A stretch of DNA of 20,792 nt from a virus. This document shows, one piece after another, positions 7,727 through 16,500 of this stretch. The stretch's first letter is position 1. Each line of letters starts with the position of its first letter. The translations under genes were made by a program, and so were the position numbers. A model generated the notes under the pieces. That model saw only the letters and a list, made by a program, of their open reading frames with translations. It made no database searches and was not told where the DNA came from. The stretch lies in UHGV virus genome UHGV-1788846, one strand, 5' to 3'.

Positions 7727-9055
7727 ATGCAACTGAATAATCGCGATTTAAAAAGTATCATTGATAATGAAGCACTGGCTTATGCTATGTACACGGTTGA
7801 AAATCGTGCTATCCCAAATATGATTGATGGATTTAAGCCAGTTCAACGATTTGTTATTGCTCGAGCTCTTGATTTGGCACGAGGAAATAAAGATAAGTTT
7901 CACAAACTTGCTTCTATTGCAGGCGGTGTAGCGGACCTTGGATATCATCATGGTGAAAACTCTGCGCAAGATGCGGGGGCTTTGATGGCTAACACTTGGA
8001 ATAATAACTTTCCTCTGTTAGATGGTCAAGGAAACTTTGGTTCTCGTACCGTCCAAAAAGCAGCAGCAAGTCGTTATATTTTTGCTCGTGTAAGTAAAAA
8101 TTTCTATAACGTATATAAAGATACTGAATATGCTCCGGTACATCAAGATAAAGAACACATTCCGCCTGCTTTCTATTTGCCTATTATTCCTACTGTTCTT
8201 CTTAATGGCGTTTCCGGTATTGCAACTGGTTATGCAACTTACATTCTTCCTCATAGTGTTTCTTCTGTTAAGAAAGCTGTACTGCAAGCTCTTCAAGGAA
8301 AGAAAGTAACTAAACCGAAGGTAGAATTCCCAGAATTTCGTGGTGAAGTTGTTGAAATTGATGGGCAGTATGAAATTCGTGGAACATATAAGTTTACTTC
8401 ACGAACTCAAATGAATATCACTGAGATTCCGTATAAGTATGATCGTGAAACTTATGTGAGTAAAATCTTAGACCCGCTTGAAGATAAAGGCTTCATTACG
8501 TGGGATGATGCTTGCGGTGAGCACGGTTTTGGCTTCAAAGTTAAATTCCGTAAAGAATACTCTTTGAGTGATAACGAAGAAGAACGCCACGCAAAAATTA
8601 TGAAAGACTTCGGGTTGATTGAGCGTCGTTCCCAGAATATTACTGTTATTAATGAGAAAGGAAAGCTACAAGTTTACGATAACGTAGTTGATTTAATCAA
8701 AGACTTCGTTGAAGTTCGTAAAACTTATGTCCAAAAACGAATTGATAACAAAATCAAAGAAACTGAATCAGCATTTCGTTTAGCTTTTGCCAAGGCACAT
8801 TTCATTAAGAAAGTAATTTCAGGTGAAATTGTTGTACAAGGTAAAACTCGTAAAGAACTGACCGAAGAACTTTCTAAAATTGATATGTATTCTTCTTATG
8901 TTGATAAACTAGTCGGAATGAATATTTTTCATATGACTTCCGATGAAGCGAAGAAACTTGCTGAAGAAGCTAAAGCTAAAAAAGAAGAAAACGAATATTG
9001 GAAAACTACTGATGTAGTTACAGAATACACCAAAGATTTAGAGGAAATCAAATGA
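7727..9055 (+). CDS. 52: DNA topoisomerase II medium subunit (GyrA-like), 442 aa
   Basis: 442 aa as T4 gp52; N-terminal DNA breakage-reunion region (…IDGFKPVQRFVI…) readable; position upstream of motA. Confidence 0.9.
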   Translation: MQLNNRDLKSIIDNEALAYAMYTVENRAIPNMIDGFKPVQRFVIARALDLARGNKDKFHKLASIAGGVADLGYHHGENSAQDAGALMANTWNNNFPLLDGQGNFGSRTVQKAAASRYIFARVSKNFYNVYKDTEYAPVHQDKEHIPPAFYLPIIPTVLLNGVSGIATGYATYILPHSVSSVKKAVLQALQGKKVTKPKVEFPEFRGEVVEIDGQYEIRGTYKFTSRTQMNITEIPYKYDRETYVSKILDPLEDKGFITWDDACGEHGFGFKVKFRKEYSLSDNEEERHAKIMKDFGLIERRSQNITVINEKGKLQVYDNVVDLIKDFVEVRKTYVQKRIDNKIKETESAFRLAFAKAHFIKKVISGEIVVQGKTRKELTEELSKIDMYSSYVDKLVGMNIFHMTSDEAKKLAEEAKAKKEENEYWKTTDVVTEYTKDLEEIK

Positions 9056-9201
9056 GTCCATTCATAGGTATTACAAGCGCTGCATTAGTATCTGGTAGCA
9101 TTTTACTGGCGGGTTTAGGCGTTGTTCCAGCCGTAGCAGGAGGTCTTCTTGCGTTCGGAATTCAACGTGTTATCATGACAGTTATCACAGTCATGCAGTA
9201 A
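9052..9201 (+). CDS. Putative hydrophobic micro-ORF, 49 aa (MSPFIGITSAALVSGSILLAGLGVVPAVAGGLLAFGIQRVIMTVITVMQ)
   Basis: ATG overlaps the gene 52 stop (ATGA); glycine-zipper-like hydrophobic sequence; followed directly by a strong terminator. Confidence 0.4.
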   Translation: MSPFIGITSAALVSGSILLAGLGVVPAVAGGLLAFGIQRVIMTVITVMQ

Positions 9202-9206
9202 TTTTA

Positions 9207-9232
9207 GGGAGAGCCGAGGCTCTCCCTTTTTT
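9207..9232 (+). terminator. Rho-independent terminator: GGGAGAGC-cgag-GCTCTCCC followed by TTTTTT
   Basis: Perfect 8-bp GC-rich stem with 4-nt loop and a six-T run, closing the unit that ends with gene 52. Confidence 0.85.
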
Positions 9233-9258
9233 ATTTCAAAAATTTTTTCACAAAACGG

Positions 9259-9287
9259 TTTACAACCAAAGCATACTGTGGTATTAT
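9259..9287 (+). promoter_or_regulatory. T4 early-type promoter for motA: -35 TTTACA (9259-9264), 17-nt spacer, -10 TATTAT (9282-9287) with TGg
   Basis: Canonical spacing; near-identical in promoter and leader to the one at 5405-5433. Confidence 0.75.
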
Positions 9288-9328
9288 ACAACTATCAACT
9301 ACTGATACAGAATTACGGAGATTAGAAA

Positions 9329-9964
9329 ATGTCTAAAGTAACTTACATCATCAAAGCTTCTAACGATGTTCTGAATGAAAAAACTGCTGCGATTTTAATT
9401 ACCATTGCTAAGAAAGATTTCATTACAGCTGCAGAAGTTCGTGAGGTGCATCCAGATTTAGGTAATGCAGTAGTTAATAGTAATATTGGGGTATTGATTA
9501 AAAAAGGCCTGGTGGAGAAATCTGGTGATGGATTAATCATTACTGGTGAAGCTCAGGATATTATTTCAAATGCAGCAACTTTATACGCACAAGAAAATGC
9601 TCCGGAACTGCTGAAAAAACGAGCAACTCGTAAAGCTCGTGAGATTACTTCTGATATGGAAGAAGATAAAGACTTCATGTTAAAACTTTTAGATGAAAAT
9701 GGATTTGTTCTTAAAAAGGTTGAAACTTATCGTAGTAACTATCTCGCTATTTTAGAAAAACGCACTCACGGAATTCGTAATTTTGAAATTAACAACAATG
9801 GAAATATGCGAATTTTTGGATACAAAATGATGGAACATCATATTCAGAAATTTACTGACATCGGAATGTCATGTAAAATCGCTAAAAACGGTAATGTGTA
9901 TCTTGACATTAAACGCTCGGAAGAAAACATTGAAGCAGTAATCACTGTAGCATCTGAACTGTGA
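9329..9964 (+). CDS. motA: MotA, activator of middle transcription, 211 aa
   Basis: 211 aa with RBS GGAG; sequence matches my recollection of T4 MotA. Confidence 0.9.
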   Translation: MSKVTYIIKASNDVLNEKTAAILITIAKKDFITAAEVREVHPDLGNAVVNSNIGVLIKKGLVEKSGDGLIITGEAQDIISNAATLYAQENAPELLKKRATRKAREITSDMEEDKDFMLKLLDENGFVLKKVETYRSNYLAILEKRTHGIRNFEINNNGNMRIFGYKMMEHHIQKFTDIGMSCKIAKNGNVYLDIKRSEENIEAVITVASEL

Positions 9965-9974
9965 GGAATAAATA

Positions 9975-10304
9975 ATGAACAAGTTAGAAATTGTCAATGA
10001 ACTTCGTCGTTGCGCAGAACCTACTCAAGAGGGTTGGGATATTTGGTACCATGGAGCTTATCTTGGAACTATCGTAAAGATTAAGACTGGTAAATACATG
10101 ATTATTCGTGAAAGTAAAGATGCTCCAGTAGGTATTCGCAATAATTTTATGGCAGCAATAAGTTCATTTACAGATGCAGCTTACGAAATTTACCTTGATG
10201 ATTATAAAGAATTCCAGGAATCTCAACCGGTTATTCGTTCAATTGGTGTTAACAAAGCTCAGCAGAAAACTTTGTGGCAACGTATTAAAGGATGGTTTAA
10301 ATGA
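9975..10304 (+). CDS. Hypothetical early protein, 109 aa
   Basis: ATG with RBS GAGGAATAA immediately after motA. Confidence 0.55.
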   Translation: MNKLEIVNELRRCAEPTQEGWDIWYHGAYLGTIVKIKTGKYMIIRESKDAPVGIRNNFMAAISSFTDAAYEIYLDDYKEFQESQPVIRSIGVNKAQQKTLWQRIKGWFK

Positions 10305-10762
10305 ACCCATTTATCAATCGTTTAAAAATGCTGAATGTTCCTTTATCTCGTGAGACTCCAGAAAGTCTTGTTCAAAAGTTTAAAGCGCACGGTTATAAAT
10401 GCACAGAAGAAGATATTCTGAAAGAAGTTCCTGAAATTTGTTGGCAGACTGCGTACTGGGATGAAAACCAAAAGTATCAACGACGAATTGTCTGCGCAGC
10501 CAACCGTTTTAAATTAAAAGATGGACGAACTCTTATTATTCCAGGTGCTCGTCATTATTCTAAAGATATGGCAGAAGTTTTAGATGTAGTTAAACCTCAA
10601 TTAGTTACTCAACAAGTTTGTGATGATGACCAAGGGTTTATTGACCAATATAGTAATTATTGGACACGTGAAGAAGCAATGATTATTGCAACTTACGCTG
10701 GACAAGTACGTATTGAACGTGGTGGTAGTGAAAAAGAACTTTACTCTGAGGACCTTTACTAA
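10301..10762 (+). CDS. Hypothetical early protein, 153 aa
   Basis: ATG overlaps the upstream stop (ATGA); no motif I can assign. Confidence 0.55.
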   Translation: MNPFINRLKMLNVPLSRETPESLVQKFKAHGYKCTEEDILKEVPEICWQTAYWDENQKYQRRIVCAANRFKLKDGRTLIIPGARHYSKDMAEVLDVVKPQLVTQQVCDDDQGFIDQYSNYWTREEAMIIATYAGQVRIERGGSEKELYSEDLY

Positions 10763-11058
10763 TGAATATTAAAAAGTTTCAAATTGATGGAATTATGAAT
10801 CAAATCCAGGCACTGGAATATGCTAATAAAATGATGTCAACTAATTGGGGAATTTATACCAATGAGCCGGGATTTCAGTTCTGTAATATGGAATTCACCA
10901 AAAAGCTCGTAGGAAAAGATTATGTGTGTCCATTTAGTTCTCCAGTAAATGGAATGTTAAAACCTGCTTTACGCGATCTTTATATTGCGATGAACGAAGA
11001 AATGATAAAAGAGTTAAAACGTCAACTGAAGGTGATTCAATTTGGCCAGGGAAATTAA
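10762..11058 (+). CDS. Hypothetical early protein, 98 aa
   Basis: ATG overlaps the upstream stop (TAATG). Confidence 0.55.
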   Translation: MNIKKFQIDGIMNQIQALEYANKMMSTNWGIYTNEPGFQFCNMEFTKKLVGKDYVCPFSSPVNGMLKPALRDLYIAMNEEMIKELKRQLKVIQFGQGN

Positions 11059-11260
11059 TTCAAAATCTGATTATTTTAATTCTCTCAATGATAAAGATAA
11101 AAATCTAATACGGCATTTTATTGTTGAGATGGGATATACCGATACATGTGATTTAAGAGAACACATATTTGAATGTGGTGTAGCTAAAAAGTTTTCATTC
11201 ACATGCAAATGTTTGAGAGAGGTAATTCAGCACTATGAACAATTTAGTCGCAAAGCATAA
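11042..11260 (+). CDS. Possible small Cys-containing protein; 72 aa from a TTG start, or 43 aa from the in-frame ATG at 11129
   Basis: Open frame with four Cys in a C-x8-C…C-x-C arrangement; start codon uncertain and no clear RBS. Confidence 0.3.
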   Translation: MAREINSKSDYFNSLNDKDKNLIRHFIVEMGYTDTCDLREHIFECGVAKKFSFTCKCLREVIQHYEQFSRKA

Positions 11261-11343
11261 TTTTAATAAAGCTTCTGTTCATAAAGATAAGAAGAAAGCG
11301 TTTAAAGAATCTAATCGCAAACAGAAACATAAGGGGAAGGTCT

Positions 11344-11622
11344 ATGATTATTGATTCTCAGTCCGTGGTTCAATACACAATCAAAATTGATATTCTAGAA
11401 AAGCTATATAAGTTTCTACCAAATTTATACCACTCAATTGTCGATGAATTAGTTGAAGAACTACATCTTGAAAATAACGATTTCTTAATTGGAACTTATA
11501 AAGACCTCTCAAAAGCAGGATATTTCTACGTAATTCCAGCTCCAGGAAAAAGTATTGATGATGTATTAAAAACTATAATGTTTTATGTCCATGATTACGA
11601 AATTGAAGATTATTTCGAATGA
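11344..11622 (+). CDS. arn: Small acidic protein, 92 aa, possibly the Arn anti-restriction (McrBC inhibitor) homologue
   Basis: ATG with RBS AAGGGGAAGG; acidic composition; 92 aa and located just upstream of asiA. Identity from position, size and charge only. Confidence 0.45.
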   Translation: MIIDSQSVVQYTIKIDILEKLYKFLPNLYHSIVDELVEELHLENNDFLIGTYKDLSKAGYFYVIPAPGKSIDDVLKTIMFYVHDYEIEDYFE

Positions 11623-11771
11623 GTCATAATCTTGAAAAGGTAATCGAGCATAATGTAGCTCAGGAACGTAAGTCGTTCAAGGAATTCGTAGAAAAAATTT
11701 TTGAAGAAAATAACACAGATCAGTTTACAAATCAAGCGTCTGATGATATTATAACAAAGTCAACTAATTGA
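11619..11771 (+). CDS. Putative hydrophilic micro-ORF, 50 aa (MSHNLEKVIEHNVAQERKSFKEFVEKIFEENNTDQFTNQASDDIITKSTN)
   Basis: ATG overlaps the upstream stop (ATGA); fills the gap before asiA; below the ORF-track size cutoff. Confidence 0.35.
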   Translation: MSHNLEKVIEHNVAQERKSFKEFVEKIFEENNTDQFTNQASDDIITKSTN

Positions 11772-11783
11772 GTGGTATAGTTA

Positions 11784-12056
11784 ATGAATAAAAACATTGA
11801 TACAGTTCGTGAAATTATTACTGTTGCGTCTATTTTGATTAAATTTTCCAGAGAAGATATTGTTGAGAATCGTGCTAATTTTATTGCATTTCTGAATGAG
11901 ATTGGAGTAACACATGAAGGCAGAAAGTTAAACCAGAATTCATTCCGTAAAATTGTTTCTGAATTAACTCAGGAAGATAAGAAAACCCTCATCGACGAAT
12001 TCAACGAGGGTTTTGAGGGTGTATATCGATATCTAGAGATGTATACAAACAAATAA
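11784..12056 (+). CDS. asiA: AsiA anti-sigma70 factor, 90 aa
   Basis: 90 aa; N-terminus MNKNIDTVREIITVASILIKFSREDIVENRANF matches my recollection of T4 AsiA; RBS GAGTGG. Confidence 0.9.
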   Translation: MNKNIDTVREIITVASILIKFSREDIVENRANFIAFLNEIGVTHEGRKLNQNSFRKIVSELTQEDKKTLIDEFNEGFEGVYRYLEMYTNK

Positions 12057-12713
12057 TTATTTAGCCCTTCCTAATATTCTGGCCGCCTGAGAACATATTG
12101 ATTCAAGGCGGTCATTACTTATATGATCATTTCTATACCAGTACATGGTTATTGTTCCAGCATAGATATTATCCAAATTGAAATATGGACAACTGTACAT
12201 GTAATTTATTTCGGGAGTAGGCTTTTTGGTTGGTAAAAAAGCAAATTTTGAGTTGGAATAATAATGACGTCCATTTAAATGAACTGTATATTCATCCATA
12301 GTTTTATCAACAGGATATCCTCCAAGTGATTTTTCACTTATTGTTGAAGGTAATTTTCCTTCGTATGCTATAATATCAACAAAATAGTTTAAGTTTTTAG
12401 GGCGGAAAGAATATACCGCACTAAAGTCTGCCTCAGATGATATATGAACTATCTGGAGTTGTTCCAGGGCGACAGATTCAAAGCGTGCATTTCTTTCCTT
12501 TTCAACAATTTCACGGTATGTTTCATACTTTGATTGCTTATAGTACTCAAAGAAACTATCTCCCCTATACCAAACAATCGCCATTATAAACAAAAGAATT
12601 ACGACAGCTACCCGGGAAGCAAGAACCTTCCCGGTAGCGTTATCTTTGAACAAGCGATCTAGAACACCAAATAGAATATCAGAGGGCGAAAATGATATTC
12701 TAGGTGCTGCCAT
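12057..12713 (-). CDS. t: Holin T, 218 aa
   Basis: 218 aa with an N-terminal transmembrane segment (VAVVILLFIMAIVWY) and a large periplasmic domain; strong RBS AAAAGGAGGG; position between asiA and gene 38. Confidence 0.9.
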   Translation of the reverse strand: MAAPRISFSPSDILFGVLDRLFKDNATGKVLASRVAVVILLFIMAIVWYRGDSFFEYYKQSKYETYREIVEKERNARFESVALEQLQIVHISSEADFSAVYSFRPKNLNYFVDIIAYEGKLPSTISEKSLGGYPVDKTMDEYTVHLNGRHYYSNSKFAFLPTKKPTPEINYMYSCPYFNLDNIYAGTITMYWYRNDHISNDRLESICSQAARILGRAK

Positions 12714-12732
12714 AGACCCTCCTTTTAAGGAT

Positions 12733-12740
12733 ATTTATTC
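12733..12740 (-). promoter_or_regulatory. Possible late promoter (AATAAATA on the - strand, 7 of 8 match to TATAAATA) ahead of t
   Basis: + strand TATTTATT lies about 20 nt upstream of the t start codon. Confidence 0.3.
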
Positions 12741-12744
12741 AAAA

Positions 12745-13551
12745 TTATACTCTTGCACCATATATTGTACCAACTTTAGTCCAAGTTGGAGCATTACCAG
12801 TAACAGCTTTACCCGCAGCACCAGCACCACTGGCATTATAGTTTGATGTACGAACGGCAGCACCACCAGCCGCACCAACGTTACCACCAGCACCACTCAT
12901 GTTATTACCATCAACGGTTACTTTACCACCTGCGGCGGTTAACGATGCATTACCACCATTACCACGACCACCTCGACCACCAGTACCGAACGGACGGCCA
13001 CCACCGCCGCCAGCGACGCCAGCTAATGTGAAGTTATAGTCTATGGACCAACCACCACCGCCGCCACCGCCGCCAGCAATTGCACCATTATTCGTAATAC
13101 GTAAGCGTGTACCAATACCATTATTAATCGCTGTACCACCAGCAGTTGCTCGAACCAAAGCATCTCCAGAACCTCCACTAGATCCAGATCCATTACCTCC
13201 TCGGCCATAAACAGTAACGCCAGAGTTAATAATCAATGTCACGTATTCATTAGTTAATGAACTAGGAAAATCTAAGCATGGAATAGTTGAAGAACTAGAA
13301 ACAATATCTCCTGTTATTGTTACAACAGCAGGAGCTGTTCCAATTGATTTAAGCCAATTAATTAAAGTATCTTTATTATATGAATGATTTGAGCCAATTG
13401 AATAAGCTTTTTCAACTGACTTTCCTGCCATTGAGCTCATCCAGCCGGGAACTGAAACACGAACAGCTTTCATCGCAGCATCCATCCAACGTTGTCCAGT
13501 TTCATTCACGGCAGATTCACCAATCCAGCCAGGAACACCTACAATTGCCAT
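12745..13551 (-). CDS. 38: T2-type gp38 long-tail-fibre tip adhesin, 268 aa, with glycine-rich motifs and variable segments
   Basis: N-terminal conserved domain followed by Gly-rich blocks (GRGGNGSGSSGGSG, GGGGGGGG, GGGGGRPFGTGGRGGRGNGG, SGAGGNVGAAGG) separated by short variable stretches. Located directly downstream of gene 37. The T4-type gp38 is a 183-aa chaperone, so this is the T2/K3/Ox2 form. Confidence 0.85.
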   Translation of the reverse strand: MAIVGVPGWIGESAVNETGQRWMDAAMKAVRVSVPGWMSSMAGKSVEKAYSIGSNHSYNKDTLINWLKSIGTAPAVVTITGDIVSSSSTIPCLDFPSSLTNEYVTLIINSGVTVYGRGGNGSGSSGGSGDALVRATAGGTAINNGIGTRLRITNNGAIAGGGGGGGGWSIDYNFTLAGVAGGGGGRPFGTGGRGGRGNGGNASLTAAGGKVTVDGNNMSGAGGNVGAAGGAAVRTSNYNASGAGAAGKAVTGNAPTWTKVGTIYGARV

Positions 13552-13562
13552 TAAAAATCCTT

Positions 13563-13580
13563 AGAGGGCCGAAGCCCTCT
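13563..13580 (-). other. Intercistronic hairpin between 37 and 38: AGAGGGC-UUCG-GCCCUCU on the transcribed strand
   Basis: Perfect 7-bp stem; the loop reads UUCG only on the - strand; followed by AAGGA and the gene 38 ATG. Confidence 0.6.
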
Positions 13581-13581
13581 T

Positions 13582-16500
13582 TTACATAAGTTTAGATTCA
13601 AGTTCTTTTACACGAGCAGAAAGTGTTTTCACAGCTTCAACCAGAAGAGCAATCTGGGCTTGAGAAGAAACAGTGAGTATTTTATTACCCTTGCTATCTT
13701 CTGTTTCATGGACAGCTTCTGGTAAAACGTCTTGCAACGTTTGAGCTATAATACCCGCTTCGGTTTGAACAGGTTCACCGCCTATATATTCAGCTTTGTC
13801 ATAGATTAAACCATCAAGTTGCTCAACCCTTTCGAGCGCATTTTTAATAGGTTTAAAATTAGATTTCAAGCGAACATCAGAACGAATATAAACGTTAGGA
13901 GCATTGACATTTTTCTCGGAATAAACTTCGCTTGAGGTGAATCTAACAACTTTAACGTTGTTCGCCCACGCTTCTAAAAGCCCATCGCCTACTTGTCTAA
14001 AACCAGTATCGCTATCACCTATTGCAATTGAGTTACCACCCCATCCATTTGTTGTATTAACACCAAAGGCACTTGTTTGTGGTAGCAGTACTTTACCAGG
14101 GCAATCTAAAGTACCGTCCATTGTAAAGCGCCATCTTGCTTGCTGGCCATTAGCATTATCTCCGCGAATACGAATAATACCATCGCGCCAACCAGCTGTA
14201 GTGCCGGAACCGACCCATCCGAACTCAAAGGTTTGACGATAACCCGCTGAACCATAGTTACTCCATGCACCGACAATAGGATAATAACTACCTGAATTAG
14301 ATAAATCACCATGATCTGCCATAAAGGTGATTTTAGATTTCATGGCATCTGAGGTATCTCCCCATCCAGATGGCGCGCGGGCGTATGAAACTAGTCTTGA
14401 GCTAATATTACCTAAATTAGTATTACCGCCAGTAACGTTTAATCCACCACCAGTAATATTCAACCCATGGTTCATACCAACGCGGCCATCAGTCATATTA
14501 ATAGAGAAAGGTCTTAAGCCATTCCAATCACCATTAGCTGCATCGGGTTTTTCTTCCGTATTTTTATCTGTAGCTAAAATATAAAAACTTCCGCCATCAT
14601 TTCTAATTAAAGCTGCGTTAGAACCGATATTATTACCGTTAGATTTAATACGCATGCCTTTTTGATTATCAGTAACGTATTCACCGCGAGTAACAATGTT
14701 AGATTCTCCAGCTGCGAAAGTTCCGCCAATATTATTTAACAGACGAACTGTTTTACCTACAACATGTCCCTCAGGCAATGCATCAACAACTGGCTGAATG
14801 CCTCCGTTAAGACCGACTACGGTTACCGAAGAGTTTTCACTACAGGAATATTCAACCACTAATGCATTTGTATAACCGGCACAGAACACGTATACATCAT
14901 AAGTATCGCCAGATGTATTCATAGTAGCTATCTGATTAAAACTCAGGTCTGACCTATTCCACAGTACAGCGTTTATGCCTTTAGGATTATTATTACCCGT
15001 GCGAAGAACTATTTCTGCAACAGAAGCTTGGCTATAGCTTTTAAAATTAAAACCAGCGCCGCCGGAAATCTTAAAAGTCACTGTACCAGTACCCTGAGGA
15101 ATTGTTACCGTAGCAAATTTATACCATCCGTCAACAGAACTACCAGCCCAACCGCCCACGCTGGTTTTACGATTTAACGTTGTATTTAAGTTAGCAAAAT
15201 TACCAGTACCACCTGTGATGTTACCATCTGTACCAATTCGAATATCATTAATTTTAAGAGGCTTAGTAATATCGACAGTATCAGAGTTTAATGCAATACC
15301 GTGAGAGTAGGTGTAATTATGCATACGAACGACGTTTCCGCCATCGCCAATACCTAAATACCATTTTGTAACATCAGCCTTACGTCCTTGAATAAAGTTA
15401 GATGCAGCTTGAGATGAAGCATTTACCACAATAGCGTCAGAATCCATATTAACTCGAAGTCTAACATCGGTTTGAACGAATTTTGATACGTTATCAATAG
15501 TAAGCAAATTTTTTCCGGCTTGTGTATGATTGCCCATCATAACACTACCATTTGCGAGATTGATGGTAAATGGGCGTAAATTACTTATACCGCCCGATTC
15601 TCCAGCATTTTGTAAAGTTGGAATAATATAAAAGTTAGTTTCCGAACGGCGGAAAATAGCACCGTATTCAGCATTCCAAATTCTTAATGCATCTGCTGTT
15701 CCACCAAATTTAGCTTGTCCATTTACAGACAATCCATTATTTGCAACTAAACTTGACTCAGTAACAATAGAACCTGATGATGTAATACCCCCACCGGTTA
15801 ATAATGCTCCAGCAATTCTAAATTGAATTACTCCAGTTGTTGAACCTGATGCAGGAGCTACACGCTGCGCATAAAAATAATAACCTTGTCCGTCAGCTAC
15901 TTCAAAAACCGTTTCACGATTACGATCGCCAGATGCGTTAAATGAATTACCCCACGCTTTAATAGATACATAACTTTTATTCTGACCTGCGCGAGTACCA
16001 CCAGCCCACAGTATAGTTTTAGTGCCATCTGCTGATGTAGGAGCGTCAAGTTGAATACCGTCAGGTCTAGCACCAGTAAGAACTAATCCGTTATCAAATT
16101 TAATTCTTTGTATTGAAGATACTGTTCCATTAGCATAAAACTGTACGTTATTAGAGCCAGTTACCAATTTCAAAATACCAGGGTTAATTTCCATACCTTC
16201 CTGTGTATTAATGTTGGTTTGGCCTTTACCGCGGAAATAATGGGAAAATTTACCGCCAGAATTATATCCAATGTGGGTTTGACCATCGCCTGCGTTATTC
16301 ACATCTGCCTGAGTTTGAACAGACAAGAGAGCAGCGTTCGTTCCAGGCATTGTCCAGGTTCCGCCTTGATCTTCTGAACGTCCAAATAATGCTTTACGAG
16401 TACTACGGAAACTATCAGGAGTAATAGAAGCAACAGAATTCCAATTACCTACTAAATCATAAACACCTTGCTTAATATATTTTAAACCGGTTGCAGCATC

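Noticed and set aside
11262-11343. Possible MotA-dependent middle promoter (mot-box-like AAAGCTTCTG) upstream of the Arn-like ORF, and TGCTT-containing sites inside gene 52
   Set aside because: None matches the (a/t)(a/t)(a/t)TGCTT(t/c)A box with a correctly spaced -10; cannot be supported from sequence alone.
12843-13031. 62-aa His/Gln/Tyr-rich ORF on the + strand (MMYERQHHQPHQRYHQHH…)
   Set aside because: It is the antisense reading of the glycine-codon repeats of gene 38 (GGT/GGC read as ACC/GCC and CAC/CAT frames); a compositional artefact, not a metal-binding gene.
13937-14584. Three + strand ORFs (99, 68 and 85 aa) inside the gene 37 region
   Set aside because: Entirely embedded antisense or out of frame within the well-supported 1290-aa gp37 ORF; no RBS or promoter context.
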